NCBI RefSeq assembly: GCF_963921235.1
Contig: NC_086108.1
Location: forward strand, 81,222,001 to 81,286,000
Reading direction: 5' to 3'
DNA length: 64,000 bases
Source: Mobula hypostoma
Taxonomy: Eukaryota
The notes beneath the pieces are model-generated. The model was not told where the DNA came from and ran no database searches. It was given only the letters and a program-made list of their open reading frames with translations. Both the position numbers and the translations under genes were made by a program. This document shows, piece after piece, positions 38,987 through 50,164 of the stretch (position 1 is its first letter; each line of letters starts with the position of its first letter).

Positions 38987-40930
38987 TCATAGATCTCACA
39001 CCCCACCCAATCACAGCTCATAGATTTCACACCCCACCCAATCACGGATCACAGATCTCACACCCCAACCAATCACAGCTCATAGATTTCACACCCCACC
39101 CAATCACGGATCACAGATCTCTCACCCCACCCAATCACGGATCACAGATCTCACACCCCACCCAATCACAGCTCATAGATTTCACACCCCACCCAATCAC
39201 GGATCACAGATCTCTCACCCCACCCAATCATGGATCACAGATCTCTCACCCCACCCAATCACGGATCACAGATCTCACACCCCACCCATTCGCAGATCAC
39301 AGATCTCACACCCCACCCAATCACGGATCACAGATCTCACACCCCACCCATTCGCGGATCACAGATCTCACACCCCACCCAATCACGGATCACAGATCTC
39401 ACACCCCACCCAATCGCGGATCACAGATCTCACACCCCACCCATTCGCAGATCACAGATCTCTCACCTCACCCAATAACGGATCACAGATCTCACACCCC
39501 GCCCAATCACGGATCACAGATCTCACACCCCACCCATTCGCAGATCATAGATCTCACACCCCACCCAATCACGGATCACAGATCTCACACCCCACCCAAT
39601 CGCGGATCACAGATTTCACACCCCACCCAATCACGGATCACAGATCTCTCACTCCACCCAATCACGGATCACAGATCTCACACCCCACCCAATCACGGAT
39701 CACAGATCTCACACCCCACCCATTCGCAGATCACAGATCTCACACCCCACCCAATCATGGATCACAGATCTCACACCCCACCCATTCGCAGATCACAGAT
39801 CTCACACCCCACCCAATCACGGATCACAGATCTCACACCCCACCCAATCACGGATCACAGATCTCACACCCCACCCATTCGCAGATCACAGATCTCACAC
39901 CCCACCCAATCACGGATCACAGATCTCACACCCCACCCAATCACGGATCACAGATCTCACACCCCACCCAATCATGGATCACAGATCTCACACCCCACCC
40001 ATTCGCAGATCACAGATCTCACACCCCACCCAATCCCGGATCACAGATCTCACACCCCACCCAATCACGGATCACAGATCTCACACCCCACCCATTCGCG
40101 GATCACAGATCTCACACCCCACCCAATCACGGATCACAGATCTCACACCCCACCCAATCACGGATCACAGATCTCACACCCCACCCATTCGCCGATCACA
40201 GATCTCACACCCCACCCAATCACGGATCACAGATCTCACACCCCACCCAATCACGGATCACAGATCTCACACCCCACCCATTCGCGGATCACAGATCTCT
40301 CACCCCAACCATTCGCAGATCACAGATCTCACACCCCGCCCAATCACGGATCACAGATCTCACACCCCACCCATTCGCAGATCATAGATCTCACACCCCA
40401 CCCGATCACGGATCACAGATCTCACACCCCACCCAATCACGGATCATAGATTTCACACCCTACCCAATCACGGATCACAGATCTCTCACTCCACCCAATC
40501 ACGGATCACAGATCTCACACGCCACCCAATCACAGATCACAGATCTCACACCCCACCCATTCACAGATCACAGATCTCACACCCCACCCAATCATGGATC
40601 ACAGATCTCACACCCCACCCATTCACAGATCACAGATCTCATACCCCACCCAATCACGGATCACAGATCTCACTCCCCACCTAATCACAGCTCACAGATC
40701 TCACACCCCACCCAATCACAGATCACAGATCTCACACCCCACCCATTCGCAGATCACAGATCTTACACCCCACCCAATCACGGATCACAGATCTCACACC
40801 CCACCCACTCGCAGATCACAGATCTCACACCCCACCCAATCACGGATCACAGATCTCACACCCCACCTAATCACAGCTCACAGATCTCACACCCCACCCA
40901 ATCACGGATCACAGATCTCACACCCCACCC
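38987..40930. repeat. 31-bp tandem repeat (minisatellite/satellite), about 63 copies, consensus CACAGATCTCACACCCCACCCAATCACGGAT
   Basis: Head-to-tail units are directly visible. Main variants are CCAATCACGGA, CCATTCGCAGA and AATCACAGCT. The 31-aa periodicity in the ORF track equals 3 units. Confidence 0.97.
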
Positions 40931-40989
40931 CACAGGGCATCCCCTGCTTACAACAGTCCCATCACGTGCTCCTTAATGCCAGTGCCACT

Positions 40990-41440
40990 CTCAGTCACCT
41001 TTCTCCCCCTTCTCTCTTTTTCTTTTTCCCATTCTGCTCCCCTTTTGTCCCCTCTCTCTTCCTCACCTACTTCTGGTCCCCTCATCCTTTCCTTTCTCCC
41101 ATGGTCCACTCTCCTCTCCTATCAGATTCCTTCTCCAGCTCTTTACCTTTTTCACCTATCACCTCACACCTCACAGCTTCTCACTTCATGCCTCTCCTGC
41201 AACCAACAACCTCCCATCTCATCGAGCTTCACCTATCCTCTGCTAGCTTGTAATCCCTCTCTCCTCCTGCCATCTTCTTATTCTGGCTTTTTCCTCTTTC
41301 CTTTCCAGTCCAGATGAAGGGTCTCTACCCAAAACATTGGCCATTTATTCCTCACTACAGATACTGACAGACTTGCTGACTTCCTCCAGCATTTTGAGTG
41401 TGTGTTATTCTGGATTTCCAGCATCTGCAGAATCTCCTTT
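40990..41440 (+). mobile_element. Penelope-like element 3' region with decayed hammerhead (41306-41340)
   Basis: Pyrimidine-rich body, cagtcCAGATGAagggtctctacccAAAAcattg, and the terminal ggatttccagcatctgcagaatctc. Confidence 0.8.
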
Positions 41441-42019
41441 GTCCATCACAGTCCCTCCACATCCTTGATCAACAGCTTCCCTCTTAACCCAGGCCAGAAC
41501 TCTGACCATTCCCATTCCAGGGCATCTTCCTCAAGCAACCAGTTCTGCTGCTGTCTGCTATTAAGTTTAGCTCCGGCCTGCTTAGCAGAGCACACTGTCC
41601 TTTAGGCTGCTTCTGTTTAGAAGACATAACCTCAGGATGTTAACGAGACTGTTTGGCACTAAAATTAGTATTATTCTAAATTCTTTGGCCATTTTCCACT
41701 CACTCCCCATCCCTACTCTCTCTTACCAACTTCTCATAAACATCAGGACTGTAATGTCAGAAGTTTGTGTACAGGCCAATCTGTGTATCTATGTACTACA
41801 TGCTGGAATCCAGGTTTCCATGATGGCTTTTATTGAGACAGTCTGCACGATTCAAATGGAAATGAGGGAGAGCAGTATATTTAGATTATTCTTCTGAGAT
41901 CCAACCAGCGATATCAAAGCCGTGTCTGTTCCTATATTTAGTGTCCTCTGGATTCCCGTCATTTTGATTTTATTAGAAGTCTTTAATCTGGGAAGGACCC
42001 AAAGTACAGCTGAGAAAGA

Positions 42020-42660
42020 AAAGAAGGAATTTGCACTGATATATCCCTCCTTGTCTTACCCTCATGACCTTTATTTGTGATAAATTATTTTTGAAATATA
42101 GGCACTGTTATTTAGTGTCCAATAAAGCAGTTAATTTGCACAGGGCAATCCTACTGCCAGTGACTGAATTGAATGATCATTTAATCAGCTGATTGAGGGA
42201 AGAATATTGGCCAGGAAGTTTCAAGAATTCCCTGCCCTAATTAGCACCATATGATCTTTCATAACCATGTGACAGGATTGTTGGAACTCAGGGTGGTGAA
42301 TCTGGGGAATACATTGCTACAGATGGCTGTGGAGGCCAAGTCGTTGGGCATATTTAAAGTGGAGGTTGATAGATCCTTGACTAGCAAGGGCATTAACATT
42401 TATGGGGGAATGTAGGAGAACAGGTTTGAGAGGAAAATAAATAAATCAGCCATGTTGGAATGGCAGAGCAGACTCGATGGGCTGAATGGGCTAATTCTGC
42501 TCCTATGTCTTACCGCGTTATGGAGTAATGGAACTTAATCCAAAGCAACAGCAAATCTCAAACAGCGTACCACTCCCTGGGTATTACACAAAAGAATCAG
42601 CCAGTACAGGTGTAAATGTCCTAAAGTGTGTTTGAACTGACAGTGGTGATCAATGCCATA
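42020..42660 (-). mobile_element. Decayed Deu-domain SINE interrupted by a CR1 insertion
   Basis: gcagttaatttgcacag..gattgagggaagaatattggccagga..ccctgccct resembles the reverse-complement Deu domain and appears to resume after 42522. Confidence 0.55.
42288..42522 (+). mobile_element. CR1 LINE 3' fragment
   Basis: cagggtggtgaatctgggg..gagcagactcgatgggctgaatgggctaattctgctcctatgtctt. Confidence 0.88.
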
Positions 42661-43136
42661 GACAGCTTCACAGATCCTCAGAGTAGTGAACCCTCACATC
42701 TTATTCAGAAATGAGCTTTGAAGTCATGGTTGAGAACACTATCTTCCAATACCAGAGTTTAATGAACGTAACCATAAAAGAGGTACTTACTTGGAAAACC
42801 CATGTGCTCTCTAATTAGCCAGAATACCATATGATGCTTTTTGCCTTGGCACAGGAAGTATTCTTGATTTATTCAGGTGTAGTCATATTCTGAGAGATCT
42901 TCTATTCATTCCCATTGACCAGCTGCAATATTAAAAGCATCATGTTAATAAAATTCCAAGCTGTTGTGATTCTTTCTAACCCCTCCTCTCAATGAACTAG
43001 ATGTTCATTGGTACAATATCCATCCCCACCTCCCGTCATTACAACCAACAAGCTCAACCAGTGTTTTTCTGACACCTTCACCATCCAAATCCAAGCTTTG
43101 AGACACGTATCAGAAAAATGTAACTATAGGTTGCTA

Positions 43137-43264
43137 ACAACAGGAATTCTGCAGATGTTGGAAATTCAAGCAACACACATCAAAGTTTCTGGTGAACGCA
43201 GCAGAGTTGCTGGTGAACGATGCTGCCTGGCCTGCTGCGTTCACCAGCAAGTTTGATGTGTGTT
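43137..43264. mobile_element. Collapsed Penelope-like inverted-repeat element with perfect 14-bp TSD
   Basis: actataggttgcta at 43123-43136 and 43265-43278. The arms aacacacatcaaagtttctggtgaacgcagcag / ctgctgcgttcaccagcaagtttgatgtgtgtt are inverted. Confidence 0.85.
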
Positions 43265-43991
43265 ACTATAGGTTGCTAGATATGATTGTCTTTTCTCAGT
43301 CTACGTAAATGACATAGTACGACATAAAGCACAACAAAAACAAAACCAAATTAACTGTTCATACTTGCTTCAGAGCTTTAAACTGAGACAAATTAACACT
43401 TGAATAATTTATAAAATATTGATTTGAAAGGATTTAAGTGATATCAATCACAGACAGAAAAGCTTGACGATTTATGCAAGTCAACTGACCACAGCAAGCA
43501 GCTGCTTGGCCAATAAAGTAGAGTATACATTGCAATATGCTCAGATTGTAAATCTTGGTTTTTCAGTTATTCATAATGATGCAATACTTTTGTCAGACAG
43601 GTTCTCTGAGGTGGCTTAAACATAAATGTTGCTTTGCATTATAGAGCCGGAAGGGAAGGCATACTGATTTAGAATATAGAACCTATTTAAGCACTAGGAC
43701 AGGCCAGAATATAATTATTTTTCATTCAGAGGACGTTCATATATTACTCTGTTTCCTGCATGTTTTTATTTACTCAGCCAGCCAGTTGATAGATCAATCA
43801 GTTAATTCAAATTCAAGGTATTCCTTTGATGCAAGTTCTGCTAAAGAATTGGAGAGACCTGTAGTTCTGTTCTCCACAAAAGAAGTCTACTTATAGAACA
43901 GTTATATGTTAATTCACATGTTTCTCTTCAAGACCAAGCAAGAGAACTACTTTCGACTGGTGGATTTCAGTATCATTATTATGTTTTGATA

Positions 43992-44565
43992 TTCCTGAGG
44001 CTTTATAAGGCACTGGTCAGACCACTCTTGAATATTGTGAGTAGTTTTAGACCCCGTACCTCAGAAAGGATGGAGAGGTATTGGAGAGGGTCCTGACAAG
44101 GATCCTGAGAATGATCCTGGGAATGAAAAGGGAATATGAGAAAGATTTGATGGCCCTGGTCCTGTACTCACTGGAGTTTAGAAGAATGAGGAGCGATCTT
44201 ATTAAAACCTAATGAATATTGAAAGGCCTAGATAGAGTGGATGTGGCAAGGATCTTTCCAATAGTGATGAAGTCTAGGTCAAGAGGCACAGCCTCAGAAT
44301 ACAAGGATGTCCCTTTAGAACAGAGATGAATGGGAATTTCTTTAGCCTGAGGGTGGTGAATCCTTGGAATTCATTGCCACAGACAGCTGTGGAAGGGAAA
44401 TCATTGGGTGTATTTAAAGCAGAGGTTGATTAGAAAGCATATGTTCTTGATTAGTAAAGGCATCAAAGCTTATGAGGAGAAGGCAGGAGAATGGGGTTGA
44501 AAGGGATAATAAATCAGCCATGGAGCAGACTCGGTGGGCCAAATAGCCTAATTCTACTGGCCTTA
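43992..44565 (+). mobile_element. CR1 LINE 3' fragment
   Basis: ctttataaggcactggtcagacca (LYKALVRP), ctgtactcactggagtttagaagaatg, and the 3' UTR. Confidence 0.9.
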
Positions 44566-45479
44566 TAGGGATGTGCAACTTGAACCACAATAGAAGCAGT
44601 ACAATGGAAGGAGAACATCTATCACCCCACAATGTGGATCACTGCCTCCTATACTTATTTAGAGATAGAAACAGAAAGAAAATAATGACCAGTTTGCGTA
44701 TGCAGACTTTCTCATGTTAATGACAAGTTACTGACTGCCGCTTGTTCATGTGAGGTGAAACCAAGCTGCGATGACTGCGGGGGTTCATCATCAAAGTTTT
44801 TTTTTTATCCTCTCATGTCTCCAATAAGTTCAGTGATAAAATTATGACTGAGGGGAAGTAACAGCTATTTCTGGAATTCCGAATAAAAGCAGATTTATTG
44901 GAAGTGCTTCAGAGCCCTGTTACAACACCAAACTGGGAGGCAATCACTAACAGATGCCAAGGCCCAATTGTCTGAGCCTGGCAGAGGATTGAACCTTTGT
45001 TCTCTCACACCTGAGAACAAGAGTGAATAAGCATTTTCTTTTAGCATCAGCCATTCATTGATTTTAACACATCATGTCCACATCTTCAAATATTACTAAC
45101 AATAAATCTGCAGTTTACCCCTGAGATAGAACTTGATAACTTGATTTAGTGAAAGCCTGAAAGAAGCAAGGATTAATTTTCATCATTATTCTAAATTGTT
45201 GGATTGACTCAATTCATACAGCTTACTTCCACCTGCTTGCCTCACCAATGGTCCAGGGTGTAATGGATAGAGAGATAACAGCAACTAAAATGTAAAGTGT
45301 TGCTAAGAATTTAGGCCCTAAAATTATCCTCCAAGAATTACCCTAAGAAATCTGAAATGAAAAGCAGTCTCAAATGACAATGAACTGCCCTAGTGGTGTG
45401 ATAACCTACTTAAAATAATTATTTTAAGGTTGTGGTTTATTCTTTTTAATTACTTTTGAAGTTAATGGAAGCTTGTTCG

Positions 45480-46010
45480 TTTTCCATTCAGGACCTTGCC
45501 ATTTCCAGTATGGTAAATCACTGAGGTCAAAAAGTGGGAGAGACAGTTTAATCCTTGGGAGTTAAATGGTTGTGGAGAAATTTTCTCACCTTTCCCGCAC
45601 TCTCCAGAGGGAAATTAATCCTTCACTGCTTGCCTGTAGCAAATGGTTTCAGTGACTTTTGGTCTCAAAGGGGGTAACTCTTCTGTTGTCACACAAAGTA
45701 AATGATATGTTCATTCTTGCCAGTTTATCGCCAAATGCCGAAGGATAATTGCAGACCCGGCCTCTTCAGAGAGAGAAGCAGGGCAGCCCGAGGGAGGGTT
45801 AGCTTTCTCACCTTCAAGTTGCCCCAAGCTTCTTCGGTAATAAAGCTCCCTTTAAATTCTGTCCTTGTCAGCTACTGAATAAAGGGATCCTCTAAATCAT
45901 TTGTCAATGAGCCTGAGCTTTTCAAAGATCCGCGCTAATTAAAAGTTTTATTCGTGTTATTAGCAAGCAAGTGCAGGAAGGGAGAAAAAGTTTCAAGTTC
46001 TCTTTGAGAA
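45480..46010. promoter_or_regulatory. Candidate conserved non-coding element / enhancer
   Basis: No recognisable repeat. Retains CpGs and carries TAAATCAT, TTCAAAG, CTAATTAA and TAATAAA motifs. Conservation was not tested. Confidence 0.3.
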
Positions 46011-46959
46011 AAAAAGAGAGCTATTTCCTGTCTCTTGACAATTTATGAGTGTGCTGCTTCTACAAAGGTCCAGATGAACACAATGTCACCTTTTTCTGCC
46101 TGTTAGCATCTGGTAGCTAACACACTTTACAGATCTGTGACAGTGGAACAAACTATCTCAAGATATGTCCTCAAACAGAATGTATTAACTTTATATATTT
46201 CATATTTACCAGGCATATAAGTCTATCTAAAAGTTATTAGATAAGAAGAAACATGTTACTTTTCCACCAGCTTCTGCCTTGACAGTACTTTAAAGTTTTG
46301 TTTAATTATTTGATTATTTTTGGCTGGAACAATGTCAGCAAGGTAGATAATGTATGTAAGTGATACCAAGAATGGAATTGCTTCATATTGCCATCTCATT
46401 TCTTTCCTTTGCTAACACTAAGCACAGTATTTTTATTTATTCCCCTCAGTCAGCTGACCATTTAAAAATACAATAAATATCGGAAATTTCTGTTAGAATT
46501 GTTTCCCTGGCTCATACTTACATGTAAGTGTTTTGAGACATTTTTCTATGTATTGTGCTATATAAATGCAAATTTTTACCTCTGGTGCTCTGTTTGTACA
46601 TATACAGCTATGTGGATTTTTATGACCTATACATTATGGTTTTGTCTGCGCTTTAAGCTCTAGTTAAAGAGGAAAAACCAGTATTACATAGACCACTCAG
46701 TGAGTTGTGCTACAGTGTGGCAGACTTGGAATTTTTACAACAGCAATTAAATAGAACCAACAATTCAGCAAACTGTCGCTCATGGGGGGAAGCATGAAGA
46801 TGTAAGGATACAACTGGATGCCCAGTGGAACAGGGATGTGAGTGTGATAACTGAAGGCTTAATTGAAAGGATACATTAAAGAGGGGGAGGAAATGGAGAG
46901 ACATAAAGGACTGGGATGAAAATCTGCAATTGCATCAGCAATTGAAGGTTTGGTCACTT

Positions 46960-47495
46960 TGTTCAAAGTTCAAAGTAAATTTATTATCAAACTACACATA
47001 TGACACCATATGCTACCTCGAGATTCATTTTCTTGCAGGCATTCACAATGGAACAGAATCAATGAAAAACTGCACACAGACTGACAAACAACTGATGTGC
47101 AAAAGAAGACAAATTGTGCAAATACAAAATAACAAATAATAATAATATATAAGTAAATAAATAATACTAAGGACATGAGTTGTAGAGTCCTTGAAAGTGA
47201 ATCCATAAGTTGTGTTCAGTGATCAGTTCAGTGTTGAGGTGCGTGAAGCTATCATGCTGGCTCAGGAGCCTGATGTTTGAGGAGTAATAGCTTTTCCTGA
47301 ACCTGGTGGTGTGGGACCTGAGGCTCCAGTATCTTGATGGCCTGGATGCTGAGTGCCCTTGATGGTTGATGCTGCTTTCCTGTGGCAGCACCTTGTAAGT
47401 GTGCTCAATGTTAGGGAAGGCCTTTCCTGTGATGCACTGGGCTGTAATCCATTCCTGGGATTGGTGTTTCCATACCTGGCTGTGATGCAACCAAC
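46960..47495 (-). mobile_element. Rex1/Babar LINE 3' fragment ((TTTGAAC)n tail subfamily)
   Basis: Begins gttcaaagttcaaagtaaatttatt. The minus translation includes RYWSLRSHTTRFRKSYYSSNIRLL. Confidence 0.85.
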
Positions 47496-47789
47496 ATGGT
47501 AACCTGTTCTGGCATGGGAAAGACTGAGTTAGCGAAAGAGAAAGCACCGAGGATGGTCGACAGTGCTAAGGCAGGATTTCAGGACAAGGGTAGGAAATCT
47601 TTCACTTGGGTATGCAATTAGTGAAGATCATAAAGGATATAGCTGAAATGCAAATAAGGAAATGTTTTGAGAAATAATACGAAGAGTATGATTTAAATTT
47701 ACTGCAAGCTGGAAGAAGGGAGGCTGGCCAACAGAGAATGAGACGAGGGTAATATGCTGGAAAACTGGCCGTGACAGAGGCATGGGTGA

Positions 47790-48705
47790 GAATTCGGTGC
47801 ATACAGCGGGGAGACTGAACATCTGGTTGAGAGGTGCCACAACAGCATCAGTAAAACCAAGGAGTTGATTGTCAACAGGAGGAAGAAGCTGGAGGTTCAT
47901 GAGCCAGTTCTCATTAGTGGACTGAAAGTAGAGAGGGTGAGTAACTTAAAAGGCATTTTACAGGACCTATCCTGAGACCAGCATGGAAGTGTTGTTACAA
48001 AGAAGGCACAACAGCTCCTCTACTTTCTTAGAAGTTTGAGTACATTCAGCATGCCACCAAAAACTTTAACAAACTTCTATAGATGTTCAGTGGGGAGTAT
48101 CCTAACTAGCTGCATCGTGGCCTAGCGTTGAAATATTAATGCCCAGGAATGGAAGAGACTACAGGAACTAGTTGATGCAGCTTAGTCCATCACAGGCACA
48201 CAGCCTTTCCCACCATTGGGTATATTTACGCAGAGCATTGCTGCAAGAAAGCAGCATCCATCTTCAAGGACCCCCACCATCCAGTTTCTGTACCTCCTGC
48301 TACCTGAAGCTGTGAGTCCCACACCACCTGGTTCAGGAACAATTATTACCCTGTAACCATCAAGATTCTGAAATGCCATGAATAACTTCACTCACCGCAA
48401 CTCTGAACTGATCCTATGACCTACAGACTCACTTTCAAAGACCGTTTAACACTCATGTTCCCAAAATTATTAGTTCTATTTCTACAATTTGTATTATTTT
48501 GTACATTGGTTATTTGTCAGTCTCTGTTTATGTATAGTTTTTCATTGTATTATATATTGTAAACAATACTGTAAACTACCAGGTTTTCTATTGTCTTTCT
48601 TTATTTTTCCATAAATGCCTGCAAAAAATGAATCTTAATGTAGCATATGGTAATATACGTATATGTACTTTGACGATAAATTTACTTTGAACTTTAAACT
48701 TTTGA
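47790..48705 (+). mobile_element. Rex1/Babar LINE 3' fragment ((TTTGAAC)n tail subfamily)
   Basis: agtaaaaccaaggagttgattgtc (SKTKELIV), aagaaggcacaacagctcctctactttcttagaagtttg (KKAQQLLYFLRSL), and an ataaatttactttgaacttt tail. Confidence 0.88.
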
Positions 48706-48964
48706 AGGGAAGCTAAAGCATTGGCAACAATGTAACAGAGCTAGACAGAGACAATCTTTCCCATATGTTCATCTATACAAACCTATCAAATGCTAATACA
48801 ACTTGGGAATGCAGCCAGGTCTTTCTAGGATCTACCACTTTACCATAGTGGGAAAGCCAGAATATGCACTTATTTGCAGGTAGGGTAGCAGCTCAGATGC
48901 AGATATAAAGCTGTCATTGCATTGCTGATGGTTTGCGATTCAGAGAACTTTGTGCCCTCCTTTT

Positions 48965-49240
48965 CATAGAACGTAAAACATTACAGTACTATATAGATCC
49001 CTCAGCTCACAATGTTGTACCAACTTTTTGACCTACTCCAAGGTCAATATAACCCTTCCTTTCTACATAGCTGTCCATTTTCCTATAACCTATATGCCTA
49101 TATAAGAGTTTCTAAATGTATTTGCCTCTACCATCACCTCTGGCAGCACTTTCCATGCGCTCATCACTCTTCTGTCTAAAATACTTAACTGACTTTCCTC
49201 CAGTCACCTTAAAATTATGCCTGCTCATATTAGCTATCAT
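48965..49240 (-). mobile_element. CR1 LINE 3' end
   Basis: catagaacgtaaaacattacagtac ... ctctaccatcacctctggcagcactttccatgc is the reverse complement of the 2662/3450 subfamily. Confidence 0.75.
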
Positions 49241-49289
49241 GACTTTTCATATCAGAAGTTTATATTCAGGAAGGGACCATAGTCAAGAA

Positions 49290-49945
49290 GGGAGGAGAAG
49301 ATGGTGGCGCGACGCAGTGTGCGCGACCGTTCCGAATTGATATCGTATCTATGAAGTAGGATGCCATGCACAATCCTGATTTGATAGAGACAGATCTGAA
49401 GAAGCACGGAGGAACATCTGGAGAAACTTCTGAAATGCCTGCTTCACTGCCACTGCTACTGCACGATCGAGAATCTCCGGAGACGAAGGCCCCAAATCCT
49501 CGGCTTTGTGTATCGCCTGTTGCCGGGGCCGGGGTTGAAGCGCTCGGCAGTGATGGTGCTCGGTGCTCGGTGTCGGGGAGCTGGTCGGGGGCTCAGAGTT
49601 TTCGGACGGACTTGGAGTCGGACTGTGGTCCGATGCTTCCGGGATGCTGCATCGGCAAGTTTGCAGCGCTGGAGGTTCACCGTCTGCGTGAGATGATGGG
49701 ACTTTCGAGAGACTCTGTGACTTTACCGTGCCCGTGGTCTGTTCTTATCAAATTACGGTATTACTTTGCATTGTTGTAACTATATGTTATAATTATGTGG
49801 TTTTTGTCAGTTTTTCAGTCTTGGTTTGTCATGTGTCTCTGTGATATCATTCTGGAAAAACACTGTATCATTTCTTAATGCACGCATTACTAAATGACAA
49901 TAAAAGAGAACTGCGTGTCCTCATAATCTAATCTAATCTAATCTA
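49290..49945 (+). mobile_element. CpG-rich ~655-bp non-autonomous retroposon with YY1-like head, AATAAA and (TCTAA)n tail
   Basis: Starts gggaggagaagatggtggcgcg. Far more CpG than its flanks. AATAAA at 49899-49904 and taatctaatctaatctaatcta at the end. Confidence 0.7.
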
Positions 49946-49949
49946 TTTA

Positions 49950-50158
49950 TGCATCTTTGCACTGTTGGCATTTCTGAAAAGGCCAGGGGTTTACGGTCTT
50001 GAGAAGGCAGTGGTGAGCCATCAAGTTGCATCTCTAAAATGCTTTTGGCATAGGAACTCCAGTTGTGATGTTAGGTAGGGACATTAGACCCAGAAACAAT
50101 GAAGGAACTGTGATATATTCCTAAATCAGGATGGTGTGTGACTTGGAAGGAAACCAGC
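49950..50158 (-). mobile_element. Old CR1-like 3' fragment (second family)
   Basis: cttgagaaggcagtggtgagcc ... tcaggatggtgtgtgacttggaagg resembles the reverse complement of 55840-56120. Confidence 0.55.
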
Positions 50159-50164
50159 TGGATA

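Noticed and set aside
38987..40930. CRISPR-like array (repeat length about 30 bp)
   Set aside because: Units are head-to-tail with no unique spacers, there are no cas genes, and the context is vertebrate.
39230..41253. Longest ORFs in the track (230, 219, 137 and 82 aa; SHTPPIRRSQISHPTQSRITDLTPHPITDHR repeats)
   Set aside because: They are by-products of a 31-bp unit with almost no stop codons on this strand. All three frames give the same cyclic peptide, and there are no splice or promoter cues.
45492..45512. 21-nt plus-strand micro-exon candidate (ttccattcag/GACCTTGCCATTTCCAGTATG/gtaaat)
   Set aside because: Weak donor, nearby upstream AGs and no host gene identified.
49366..49779. 137-aa ORF
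   Set aside because: It lies wholly within a GC-rich repeat where stops are rare, overlaps other ORFs on both strands and has no recognisable domain.
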